Positions 1 through 13,545 of a DNA stretch of 64,000 bases are shown here, in pieces (position 1 is the first letter of the stretch; each line of letters begins with the position of its first letter). A program made the position numbers and the translations under genes. This DNA comes from Anaeramoeba ignava BMAN (Eukaryota; Protista; Anaeramoebae). Where the stretch lies: the NCBI GenBank assembly GCA_028826165.1, contig JAPDFW010000072.1:1-64000 (forward strand), written 5' to 3'. Under the pieces are notes generated by a model. That model did not search any database and was not told the DNA's origin. It saw nothing but the letters and a program-made list of their open reading frames with translations.

Positions 1-3000
1 TAAGAGATGTTTCAAGAATTTTACGAATTTGGAAATGGACTTTAGAATCTTCTATAAATCAACTTCTTTTTGAAAATACATTTATTGAAAGATCACTCTG
101 TTCTTTTTTATTATCAATTTATATTTGTTATGCATTACGTTTTACTGATAACAATAGACAAAATTATATTCAATACATTAACCAAAAATTTGTTGGAAAA
201 GAAAACAAGCAAAAAGAATTTAACATTAAACATAATTATTGATCAAATTCAGGATAATTTAGTTAATTATTTAAGAGTTCGAGAATATGATAATTTAATT
301 GCAGTTAATCAAATTTTGAAAGAGAACTTATTATTAGTATTCATTTCTTGTTATGTTCAAATTCCTTTATTTATTGTTGGAAAACCAGGTATTTATATTT
401 TTTATATTTTTTTGTAAATAGAAAACAAAAAAATAAAATATAAAATTATTATCATTTTTTTAGGAACATCAAAAACTTTATCTATTGAAATTATATTACA
501 TCGTTTACGCCAAGGAAGTGATAATTTATTAATTCAAGCATTCAAATTATCTCCTTTAGTTCCTTTCTATCTTCAATGCTCCAAAATATTATCATCAAAA
601 GGAATATCAAGAATATTTAAATTAGCAAGAGAATCCAAAAAGCATATAAGATCTGAAATTATTCCTGTTGTAATTTTGGATGAAGTTGCTTTAGCTGAAT
701 TTAGTCCTGATTTGCCATTAAAAGTTTTACATTCAGAACTTGAATTTTCTGATAGAAAATATTTGAATCAATTTATGAAAAAACCAAACTTTTCCACTAA
801 AAAAGGTTTTGATAAAAAGAAAAATTTCAGAAAAGTACGATTTTCCATTGAAAAATATGATAATAATAATAATAACAACAATAATGACAATATTAATATT
901 TCTGGAATTGAAAAGGAAAAGGAAGACCAAGAAATTATTTCAGTTATAGTAGTTTCTAATTGGAAAATAGATCCAGCAAATACTAATCGTTCAATTTTAT
1001 TATGCAAACAAGATCCAAGTCCTAAAGATATTAAAGAAACAACTGAATTAATTTTACAATCACAAAATTTACAAAATCAAGTCGATGAAAAGCCAGCATT
1101 ATTTTATAATCTGATTACAAAGAAACAAACTCAAAAAAATCAAAATCAAAATCAATTAATATACAGGCATTATTATGGATTGAGAGACTTTTATTATTTA
1201 TTAAGAATGTCTATCAAGGCAACTTTAAAATTCCAAAAAATTTATAGCAATACAAATGTATTTTGGAATGAAGTTTATAGAAATTTTGGTTCAAAACCTA
1301 CTTTTCTTGGAGAAATAAGAAAGACTTTTTCTGAAGAAAATGGATTCCCACTTCCATCAAAAGAATTTTCTTCAATGAAAATGGTTCAACAAAATATTCA
1401 TGGTAATTTACTTCCCAAAGAAGGAGGCAGAAGATATCACTTAGAGAAAGATGAAGTTCATTTGTATTCACGACATTTGATGGTTCTTATTGATAGTTTA
1501 GCATTTTTCCCAGTTTTTCTCCAACAAATCAAATCAAAAAAAGTTATCATTTTTAGTTCATTTTTTCCAAAAGAAAGTAAAAGGATCAAAATAATACAAA
1601 ATCTGAAACAAGTCGAAAAATCAGTTTCTTTGGGAGAAACAATCGTTCTTTATAATAACAATCAATTATTTGAACCACTTTATGATCTTTTGAATCAAAA
1701 CTATATAAAAATTGAAAACAAGCTTTACACAAGAATATCTTTTGAAGATGAATCAAGATTTGTTTTTATAAACCCAGGATTTAGAATTATTGTTATTACG
1801 ACTAAAATAAGAGCTTATGAAAAAGAATCACCAGCAGTTCTTAACAGGTTTGAAAAACAATTAATAGAATCAAAAGATCTTATTAGTAATGATGAAGCAA
1901 AAATTTTTCTGAAAGAACAAGATAATATTTTGAGTATTATTGAGAAAATGCCAGATTCTAAAATTAAAAGAGAGCATTTTATTATTAACTACCATAACGA
2001 TTTTTTGCCAAGTCTTGCAATTAAATTCCAAAATAAGTTAAAAAAGATGAAGAACATCTATCATGAAAGCAATCAAGAAACAATACCGACAAACCAAAAA
2101 ATAATTGAAGAAGATATGAATAAATGCTGTATGAGATTGTGCAGAGCTGAATCTGTGATTGAAATACAACAAATCTATAATCAAAAGAAAGAGGTTAATA
2201 ATGAAGATGAAAAAATTCAAAATCTCTTGAATTATGGATTACAATTATCATCTAAGGGATTTGCTAATTTATTCACAAAAGAATTAGAACCTAGAAAAAT
2301 ACATAATTCTATCATTTTAACATATTCTCCAATAAATGAGAAAATTATATATCCTCAAAATTCCAAAACTCAATCAATTAATCTTTCTGAATTTCAAAAT
2401 GAAGATGCACTAAAGAAAAGACTTTCAGATAAATGGTTCAAAAAATCAAAAATTAAAAGAAAAAACACCAAGACTATTTTTATCATTCATTTTGATATTT
2501 CTCAATCATCAGAACAAATGTTCTATCAATCAAGATATCTTATTGAAAATATGATTCAAAAATTCTTACAAGAAGAGAATATCAAAGAGGAAGAATCAAC
2601 CAAAAGAAAAATTTCAAACGAAAACAAGAAAAAACACTATTTCTTTGAGAAACAACAATTTTATGTTGTATTTATAGTTCATCTCCCGCTTACATTAATA
2701 ACAAAAACCTTTTTCTATTGTTTTGATGATATTTGGGAATATTATTATCTTGAGGAACTTTCACCAAAAATAGATATTGACTTGAAAATTGGAAATATAA
2801 ACCAAAATTTATCAATTGAAACACTAATAAAAAATGTTAAAGATCAAATACCTGCGATCCTAAAAAACAGTATTACATTTTCTATAAGTAAATTTTTGCG
2901 TCCAGATAACAAATATTATGCAGAACTAATAAATTTGACAAGTGGTTTACTTGATAACAAAAATTTTGTTCAATCTATGATTAATTCTTTTATCAAAGCA

Positions 3001-6000
3001 TCCAAAGAAAAAAAGAATGAAAGCAACAAACTATATCAATGGAATATTGTTGAGATTATAAAAGAAAAAAAAGAAAGAAAAAGAAGAGATGGAACTTTCA
3101 TATCATACATCACAGACGAATTTTTCTCCAAAATTATTAGAATATTTGCCATTTTCCTTTCTAGTTTTGATCGAAACTACAATCTACATCTTTTTAGAGA
3201 AGAACAGAAATATATCTTAGATGTTTGGATCAATATTTCAAAGAATTTCTCCATTCATTTCTATCCTTTATTTGAAACTGATTATACTTTCAAAGCTCAA
3301 TTCCCATTTTCAAATTATATTTATTTATCAATTCAAGAAATATTAATCAAACAACAAAAAAAGCAACAATAATGATAACAATAATGATAATAATGATATA
3401 ACAATAACAATAATGATAATTCCTTTAGCTTTTTGAAAAATAATGAAAGAATAGAAGAAAAAGATATCCTCATTTTATCCAGATTATTTAGTTCGGAAGA
3501 TCAAAAAGATAGTGATTTAATGACAAGATATATTCATGATTTATTACATTTTACATTGAAAACTAATCAAATCAAAATTATTGAAGAATTGAATGTTAAT
3601 GTTTTAAATTTGATTTTTACACAAGCCCAGAAACAAAAATTCACTTTAATTGAAATACAAGAAATTTATAATTCAACTTTCAAAGATCATCTCAAATCAA
3701 TTACAGAAATTTGGGAATTTATGAAAAAGAAATTTGGTGATAAATTAAAAAAATATTATGATTCCAATTCAGTTTCAAACTCGAAATCACAATTATCAGT
3801 ATATTTTTTCATTTGCTCATGTTTGGAAATTCTTGGAAAGCAAATGGATTCAAAAGAAGTTTTAAAAAATCATCCAAACATTAGATCAGAAATTTATTCT
3901 TTTACTCCAAGATTTAAGAAATTAATTGAGTTTTTGGAAATACAAGAACAAGGAAAGAAAATTGATCAAACAAAAATACAAGAATTAATTAATGATTGGC
4001 ATAAGATTCTTATTAAATTTCAAGTTATGGAAATTGTTGAATTTCCAGATTTCAACTCTGTTAATTTGTTTTTTAAGAAAAGTAACAAAAGAATTACTTT
4101 TGGAGATTTGAAAACCGAAAATTTTGTTGAAACAATTTACATTCCTGTTTTGAATGCAATTAGAAGAAGAAACAAAGAAGAAGCAAAACAGAAAAATTTA
4201 TTTGTTGGGTTTTTCCCTACTTTTTTTAAATTTTTATCTGAATTAATGGTTGAAAGATTAGATTTCCAGCGGGGTTTATTTCATGGAAAAAGAAAATATG
4301 TAACTAATAATATTGAAACATTTTTAAATACTGTTGTTAAATATGATAAACAAAGAATTCAATTTTTGAATGAAACTCATTTGAAAGATATTCGTGTTCT
4401 TTGTTTAGAACATTTGTTTAATTTTACATTTGTGAAGGATATTTCTGAAGGGTTAAAAAAGGCTTTGAAAAAAGGAATTGATAATACTTTAACAAAATGT
4501 GAATTAAATACATTAGAAGAAAATGATAACAATTTGATTTCTTTAATGCTAGTTAAATTTTTTGAAGAAAATACAAAACTTTTAAATCAAAATTTCACAA
4601 TAGATACAATTCAAAATCATTCAAATGAAAAAGATTCTTCAAAACTATTAAATCATTTGGGTATTCAATTTAAAGAACCAATTAATATTCAACAAATTGT
4701 TAATTTAATTGAAATACGAAAAAAGATTATTGAAAACGAAGAAGAAGAAGAAAAAGATTTAAGAGATATCATCAAAAAATTCAAGATATCAATTAAAGAT
4801 GATTGGGTTTTATTTCTTTTGCATAATATTTATAACAAAGGAGGAGTTACATCAATTAATAATTTCTTAACAAAAATTTCAAAAAAAAGAAAAACAAAAG
4901 AACATGATATTCAACAATTCCAAAAAATATTTTCTAAAATTCCGAAAGCAATTGAGTTCACAAAAGAAACACCAATATTGGAATATATTACAAATAAAAA
5001 AATCGATGAAAGTACAAATATATCGCATTTAATAACCAATTTACAATTTCTTCCATATATTGAAAGTAAACTTGAGGAAATTCAAAAAAAAGTTCAATCT
5101 GATAAATTATTTCAAGTAATTATTCATTCAATAGAAATTTTCGAACAACATAAAATTGAACCATTATTTTCATTATTCCCAATAATTATGGAAAATGATC
5201 CAGAAAAAAGAATTGAAAAAACTGAAAAGTTATATTTCTATTTCCCAACAACACCTTCAATTCCATTTGAAAATGAATTTATTAAGGATATTAATAATTG
5301 GATAATTTGTCAAAAAAAACATTTAAATTATTACTCAAAAAAATCAAAACTCAAAGAATGCTCAATTTGTAAAGCTCCATTATCTGTAAGAACTGTGGAT
5401 ATCAATTTCTTCACGAATCCACCCTATTTAGTTTTTGATTCAAACTTGCCAAAAAGTATATTTTATACAGTTAGAGGTTTAAATCCAATTACATTTAGAA
5501 TTCTTCGTTTATTTTTTTACTCGATATTATTTGGATTTGCTTGTGGAACTCCATCATTTTCATTAGTATTTTTGATGTTGATCAATGATTCCTTTTCCCA
5601 TCCGTATTCACAAGAACAAATCCTAAATCTTTTCCATGAGCATATTCAGAATGATTTCTTTGCTCTTTCAAAATTACTTGAAACAACATTTGAAAATTCT
5701 GTTTTGTATTTCCATTTGATTTTCCAAGAAATATCTAAAGAATTAAAAAACAAAAAGAGTCGTTTATCAAAACTTAATACATTCAAGACTTTTGAAAAGC
5801 CAGAATCAAGAAATAAATTTGAAAATAAAATTCAAGAATTTTGGCAAAAATCTCATACAAGAATTATCAAATTAATTAAACAAAAAAGTTTCAAGAAATG
5901 TAATCTTTTGGATGAAATTCAAAAGAATTATTTCCAAAAAAAATGGTATTTAGTTCAATTTGAAAGCCAAACCACATTTTTAAGTATTTATAACCAAATT

Positions 6001-7347
6001 ACTCAGGAGAATAAATTTACAAGATTTTTATTTGAAAATTTGGATGATATTGAATTAATCAATTTATTTCCTTCATTTTTATTGTTTGTTAACAGTTTAT
6101 TCAAGTTTTGGAATGGGAAGTTATCAAAAGATGAAGTTGAGAACATTTCTATTAAATTTTTTGTTGGTAAATTATCAGACAAAAACCAAGAACGGAATTG
6201 GATGGAAGTTTATAAAAAATTTGAGAAATTTTTCAATATATGTTTGAAACAAACAAAATATTTAATTTTGAAAAATGGATTACCAAGAGATTTGGAATCA
6301 TTCACCATTAATAAAAATAAATCAATTGAATATTGTATTCCTGGAGAAATTGACGATGAAAAAAAATGTTTCATTAAGATTATGATTGAACACATTTCAA
6401 ATTTAAACAGAAATCTAATTGAAAAAGCATCAAAATTGACAAAAAGTAAAGATGAGAAAAAGAAAAAGTTTGTTGTTAAATTACCTGATTTAGATGAGAA
6501 AATTGATAAATTACGACTTTTCAAAATTGAAATTTCTGAAATTGAAGAATTATTTGAAAAAGAAATTATATTCAAATCAACTCCAAATGAAATTGAAAAT
6601 AGAGTGAAAAATATATTAACAAATATATTAACAAACTCAAAAAATTTCACATTCAGAATTAATAATTTTGTATTCTCAGACACAAAAATTGATTTCAAAG
6701 AATTTAACTTGGAAATTATTAACAGCAATCAATCCTCTCTTTCTGAATTAAAATGGAATCAAATTTGGAAGGAACTTGAAGCAAATTCAAAAACAAGAAA
6801 TTTCCTCTTTATTATTGATCATATTATTGAAAATTTGAATCAAAATTCTGATACATATTTTTCAAATGAATTTTTTGAAAAAACATTATATCAATTTGTT
6901 TCACAAGATCTTCAAATCCAAGAAATTGAAGAAATTGCCAAAATATCACCAACATTGAAAAAAGAAGTTAAATTAACTCATATTCTTTTTATTAAAGATA
7001 AATTCAAACAAAATTTTGATGAACCATTAAAATTAATTGCACAATGTTATCAAGCACCATTAAATATACATTTAAAAAAGGAATTGGATAATTTCGCAAC
7101 AAAAATCGGACAACTTTCTGATTCTTTTATAAATTTTTGGCTTAATTTTATTCTTTAAAAATTTAAAAATCAAGAAACAATTTCTCAAAATGATAAATTA
7201 AAAGAAAGTTTTATTGCTTATGCTTCATTAACTAAAAATTCATTAATTAAGAAAACTATTGAAAGTAATTTCCCAGAAATTATTCAAGTTAAACATTGTA
7301 TTGAATCTTTTAAATATTTCGAAGAAATTTTAATTAGGAAAATTTAA
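1..7347 (+). CDS. RNF213: RNF213 (mysterin)-like dynein-type AAA+ ATPase / RZ-finger E3 ligase, 3' part; reading frame disrupted in this sequence (pseudogene or consensus errors)
   Basis: Family motifs seen: RDVSRILRIWKW (frame 3 from nt 3), LKENLLLVFISCYVQIPLFIVGKPG|TSKT (Walker A split by a GT-AG intron ~389-463), ILDEVALAEFSPDLPLKVLH (Walker B), VSNWKIDPANTNR, YYGLRDFYYL, LYDLLNQNY, PAVLNRFEKQ, RZ-like CxxxH...CxxC, and C-terminal FPEIIQVKHC. Disruptions: frameshift near 230, compensating indels ~3360-3400, in-frame TAA at 7156-7158; final stop 7345-7347. Confidence 0.85.
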
Positions 7348-7435
7348 ATTTAAAAATAATAAAAGAAAGGATTTTTGATTTCAATTTTTTTTGCTTTTCT
7401 TTTCTTTTTGAAAAATTAAAAACGAAAATGAAAAA

Positions 7436-10400
7436 TTAATTTTTTGAAGTCCAAGTATAAAAAATTTCAGATTGTTTTTCATTTGGAAGATCTGGAACAA
7501 AATTGATCTTGAGAATTTGAGAAAAACCTTCTTTTTCTAAAGGTTCATCAATTTTGCATCTGTTGAAAGAAATTGGAGGAACATGAGAAATTTCACCATT
7601 TGAGAAAATGACACGAACCCAATTCAAATGTTCAGCTATTGGACGAGAAGCCATAAAACGGAAAGCACGAACAGGAATACTGAAAGTTTTACCGATTAGA
7701 AGGATATCTGCTCGGCTTTGGGTTGTATGATTTGTTGTGTCGATACAAATTTTCCGTTTATTTTCAACATTTTTTTTGATATTTTCGAGAAATTTTGTTT
7801 TTGTTGTGAAATCTTCTCGGTGAATTCCAATATATCCAGATGGTTCAAGATATTTCTTGAAGAAAGTTGTTTTTCCTGAAACAGGTAAACCGATCAAAAG
7901 GATTATTTCCTGTTCTTCTGAGACAAGTTTTGCTTCTGATGGTTCATAAAGATTTTTTGGTGGATTTTGTTTGATTTCTTTTGCATCAAATGATTTCCAA
8001 CTGAATTTTTCTTCTTTCACATCTTTATTTGTAAAGATCTCTTCAGGTGTTTTGAAAGGCAATCCTATATTCGCAGCAAATTGGCGATCTGAGCAATCCT
8101 GATCATCTTCTCTTCCTGCCAAATTTCCGACAAAAAATGAATCTTGTAATGAAATTTCTTGATTATCATTTGCTTCTTCTACAAATCTTTTCCACATATA
8201 AATGGATGGTTTTCTTTATAAAATTAAAATCAAATTAAAATTAAAATCAAATTAAATCAAAATTAAAATTAAAATCAAAATCAAAATTAAAATTGAAAAT
8301 GAAAATCAAAATCAAAATGAAAATCAAAATTAAAATTAAAAATTAAAATCAAAATAAAATCAAAATTAAAATTAAAATCAAATTAAAATTAAAATTAAAA
8401 TTAAAATCAAAAATTAAAATCAAAATTAAAATTCAAAATTAAATCAAATCCACTTTTTTTTTTGGAAAAATTTTTTACCGAATGTGATTGTTTTCTGTTG
8501 CAATAAAAGCTTGAACTGGAAAATCCAATTTTTTTCCTACATTTTCTATACGAGTTCTATATGATGTTTGATTTAGTTTTTTCTTACTAATATTGAGTTG
8601 ATTTGCAAAGAAAACGATTTTGAAACCATTATCATAAAATTCTTTAAGTTTTGGAGCAACTTGATCATTCAAGAATACCCAATCTTTAGAATTTATTGGG
8701 ATTGATTTTGAACTTTTTGTTTTTATGACAGTTCCATCCTATTTATTTATAAAATATTAAATAAAAATATTAAATATATTTATTTATAAAATATTAAATA
8801 GAATTATTTATAAAATATTAAATATATTTATTCTAAAAATGTGGAATAAAAAATATTAAATATAATTATTTATAAAATATTAAATATAATGATTTATAAA
8901 ATATTAAATATAATTATTTATAAAATATTAAATATAATTATTTATAAAATATTAAATATAATTATTTATAAAATATTAAATATATTTATTTATAAAATAT
9001 TAAATATAATTATTTATAAAATATTAAATATAATGATTTATAAAATATTAAATATATTGATTTATAAAATATTAAATATATTTATTTATAAAATATTAAA
9101 TATATTGATTTATAAAATATTAAATAGAATGATTTATAAAATATTAAATATATTTATTTATAAAATATTAAATATATTGATTTATAAAATATTAAAATAT
9201 ATTTATATTTATTTAAAAAAATATTAAATATATTGATTTATAAAATATTAAATATATTGATTTATAAAATATTAAATATATTGATTTATAAAATATTAAA
9301 TATATTTATTTATAAAATATTTAATATAATGATTTATAAAATATTAAATATATTGATTTATAAAGATTAAATATAATTATTTATAAAATATTAAATAGAT
9401 TGATTTATAAAGATTAAATATAATTATTTATAAAATATTAAATATATTGATATATAAAATATTAAATATAATGATTTATAAAATATTAAATAGAATGATT
9501 TATAAAATATTAAATATATTGATTTATAAAATATTAAATATATTGATTTATAAAATATTAAATATAATTATTTATAAAATATTAAATATAATTATTTATA
9601 AAATATTAAATATAATTATTTATAAAATATTAAATAGAATGATTTATAAAATATTAAATATATTTATTTATAAAATATTAAATATTAAATATATTTATTT
9701 ATAAAATATTAAATATATTTATTTATAAAATATTAAATATATTGATTTATAAAATATTAAATATATTGATTTATAAAAATATTAAATATAATGATTTATA
9801 AAATATTAAATATAATAATTTATAATATATTAAATATAATGATTTATAAAATATTAAATATAATGATTTATAAAATATTAAATATATTGATTTATAAAAT
9901 ATTAAATAGATTGATTTATAAAATATTAAATAGATTGATTTATAAAATATTAAATATATTGATTTATAAAATATTAAATATATTTATTTATAAAATATTA
10001 AATAATTATTTATAAAATATTAAATATAATTATTTATAAAATATTAAATATATTAATTTATAAAATATTAAATATAATTATTCTAAAAATGTGGAATTTA
10101 AAATTTATTAAAAATGTGGAATAAAAATATTAAATATATTGATTTATAAAATATTAAATATAATTATTTATAAAATATTAAATATATTTATTTATAAAAT
10201 ATTAAATATAATTATTTATAAAATATTAAATATAATGATTTATAAAATATTAAATATAATTATTTATAAAATATTTAATATAATTATTTTATAAAGAATT
10301 ATTTTATAAAATATTAAATATATTTATTTATAAAATATTAAATATATTTATTTATAAAATATTAAATATATTTATTTATAAAAAGATTAAATAGATTGAT

Positions 10401-12402
10401 TTATAAAATATTAAATATAATAATTTATAAAATATTAAATATATTGATTTATAAAATATTAAATATATTGATTTATAAAATATTAAATATATTGATTTAT
10501 AAAATATTTAATAGAATGATTTATAAAATATTAAATATAATTATTTATAAAATATTAAATATATTGATTTTATAAAATATTAAAATATAATGATTTATAA
10601 AATATTAAATATAATTATTTATAAAATATTAAATATAATTATTTATAAAATATTAAATATATTTATTTATAAAATATTAAATAGAATTATTTATAAAATA
10701 TTAAATATATTTATTTATAAAATATTAAATATATTGATTTATAAAATATTAAATATAATTATTTATAAAATATTAAATATATTTATAAAATATATTTATT
10801 TATAAAATATTAAATATAATGAATGATTTATAAAAATATTAAATATATTTATTTATAAAATATTAAATATAATTATTCTAAAAATGTGGAATATAAAATA
10901 TTAAATATAATTATTTATAAAATATTAAATATAATTATTTATAAAAATATTAAAAATGTGGAATATAAAATATTAAATATAATTATTTATAAAATATTAA
11001 ATATATTGATTTATAAAATATTAAATATAATTATTATAAAATATTAAATATATTGATTTATAAAATATTAAAATATATTTATTTATAAAATATTAAATAT
11101 ATTTATTTATAAAATATTAAATATATTTATTTATAAAAATAAATATATTTATTTATAAAATATTAAATATAATTATATATAAAATATTAAATATATTTAT
11201 TTATAAAATATTAAATATATTTATTTATAAAAATATTAAATAGAATAATTTATATATTAAATATAATGATTTATAAAAATATTAAATATAATTATTTATA
11301 AAATATTTAATATAATTATTTATAAAAGATTAAAATATAATTATTTATAAAATATTAAATATAATTATTTATAAAATATTAAATATAATTATTTATAAAA
11401 TATTTAATAAAATTATTTATAAAATATTAAATATATTGATTTATAAAATATAAAATAGAATTATTTATAAAATATTAAATATAATTATTTATAAAATATT
11501 AAATATATTGATTTATAAAATATTAAATATATTGATTTATAAAATATTTAATAGAATGATTTATAAAATATTAAATATAATTATTTATAAAATATTAAAT
11601 GTATTTATTTATAAAATATTAAATATAATTATTTATAAAATATTAAATATTAAATAAATTTAAAAATGGAATAAAAATATTAAATATATTGATTTATAAA
11701 ATATTAAATATATTGATTTATAAAATATTAAATAAATTATTTATAAAATATTAAATATATATTGATTTATAAAATATTAAATATATTTATTTATAAAATA
11801 TTAAATAGAATGATTTATAAAATATTAAATATAATTATTTATAAAATATTAAATATAATTATTTATAAAATATTAAATAGAATGATTTATAAAATATTAA
11901 ATATAATTATTTATAAAATATTAAATGTATTTATTTATAAAATATTAAATATAATGATTTATAAAATATTAAATATATTGATTTATAAAATATTAAATAG
12001 AATGATTTATAAAATATTAAATATATTGATTTATAAAATATTAAATATAATTATTTATAAAATATTAAATATAATTATTTATAAAATATTAAATATAATT
12101 ACTAAACTAAATCCTGCTATTTTTTTAACTCCTTTATTTTCTTCATGATTCATAAAAAGAAAACCTTTTTCTGTTTTCCAATGAAATTTTGAAGGTTTTT
12201 TAGTCTTTTTTGGAGTTGATTTTGGTTTTTTTTTTGGAGATTTTTTTTTGGATTGAATTTTTGATTCGTCATCTTTTTCTCTCTTATCTTTATTCTTTTT
12301 CAATCTTTTAACTTCGTCTTTTTCTTCTTCTGGATTTTTTGTTGTTGTTTCTGTATCTTGTTGCCTCTTTTTTTGTGTTGATTTTGGAGATTTTGGTGGC
12401 AT
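7436..12402 (-). CDS. PNKP: Bifunctional polynucleotide kinase/3'-phosphatase (PNKP/Pnk1)-like protein, 3 exons (12402-12103, 8738-8479, 8213-7436)
   Basis: Spliced product reads KIAGFSL|DGTVIKTKS..DWVFL..KLKEFYDNGFKIVFFANQ..HIR|KPSIYMW..FFVGNLAGR..SDRQFAANIGLPFKTPEE, followed by the kinase P-loop GLPVSGKTT and IDTTN. GT-AG introns at 12102-8739 and 8478-8214. Confidence 0.9.
8741..12100. repeat. ~24-bp tandem minisatellite (ATAAAATATTAAATATAATTATTT and variants) filling PNKP intron 1
   Basis: Directly visible; it generates the spurious IYKILNII ORFs. Confidence 0.95.
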
Positions 12403-12926
12403 TGAAGTTTAAGAATTAGAGAAAAATGAAGTTAGATCGTTAGAAATTCTTCCAAATAAAACTATTTTTTTTTTTCACTTTTGCTTTTTTTTTTATGATA
12501 TTTTTTTCTTCTTTTTATTTTACTTATTAAAGGTTATTAAAAGTAATGATGAGAAAGCAAATTTTTTAATTAAAAATTTTTTTTTGAATAATTTTAGAAA
12601 AATATTTTTTTTTTTCTTTAAAATTTTTTTCAATTTTTAAATCAAGTTTTATTTAAAAATTTATTATAATTTAGAAATAAAAAGTTTAATTCTTTCAACT
12701 TTCCAATATTTTCTTTAATTTTTATTATTAAATAAATTTATATTTTATTGATTAAATTAATTTTGATCAAAACAATAAAAAAATCAATTTATATATAAAA
12801 TTATATATATAATAAAAAATATATAATATATAAAAAATATAATATAGAAATTAATATAAAAAATTTTTTTCTTTTTAATTTTTTTTTAATTTTTTTTTTC
12901 ATTTTTTTTTTATTCCTTAATTAAAA

Positions 12927-13545
12927 ATGACTGAATCTTATCAAAATATTGTAAGAGGCCGTTTACGTTTTAAAGGAGGATTACTTCCTGTTAAAGAAAA
13001 TCCAAATATAAAGTAAAAAATTTTTATCCGAATTTTTTTTTTTTTAAAAATTATTTTAACTAAATTTTTTTCCCAAATTAAAATAATTTACAAATTATCA
13101 ATATTCTTAATTACAAAAAAGGAAACGCTCACGTAGAAAAAAACGAAGAGAGAGATTAAACGAGAAAGAGTCGATTCTAAATGATCCCAAATTACTTGAA
13201 GAATTAGAAAATGTTGAGGATCAAGATGAAATCAACAAAATACTTTCTCAACATAAACAGACAAAAGAGAATGAAAAGGAAGAAAATAATAGTAAAAATC
13301 CGATTGAAGTAAATCAAGAGAAAGAAAACACTGAACAGAATGAAAATGAGGATAAGGAAAAACCTTTATTTGAACGAGAAATGACTGAATCAGAAAAACT
13401 TTATTATAAAATTCTTTTAAAAAGAGAAAAAGAAAAAGCAAAACAACTTGCAAGAACCTCTCATAGACAGAGAGTTGAAGAGTTTAATGAAAGATTAGCT
13501 TCATTACCTGAGCATCATGATATTCCTAAAGTCGGACCTGGATAG
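12927..13545 (+). CDS. FAM32A: FAM32A/DUF1754 family protein, 2 exons (intron ~13013-13121); missed by the ORF track
   Basis: Starts MTESYQNIVRGRLRFKGG and ends SHRQRVEEFNERLASLPEHHDIPKVGPG*, the family C-terminal signature. Confidence 0.9.

Noticed and set aside
3361-3432. Alternative genetic code (TAA/TGA read-through) or an intron joining the two in-frame RNF213 ORFs
   Set aside because: TAA, TAG and TGA all terminate conserved genes in this window. The stop cluster reads as an N/D-rich tract in a shifted frame, and no GT donor is present nearby.
8889-12148. IYKILNII-repeat ORFs
   Set aside because: Antisense translations of the 24-bp intronic minisatellite.
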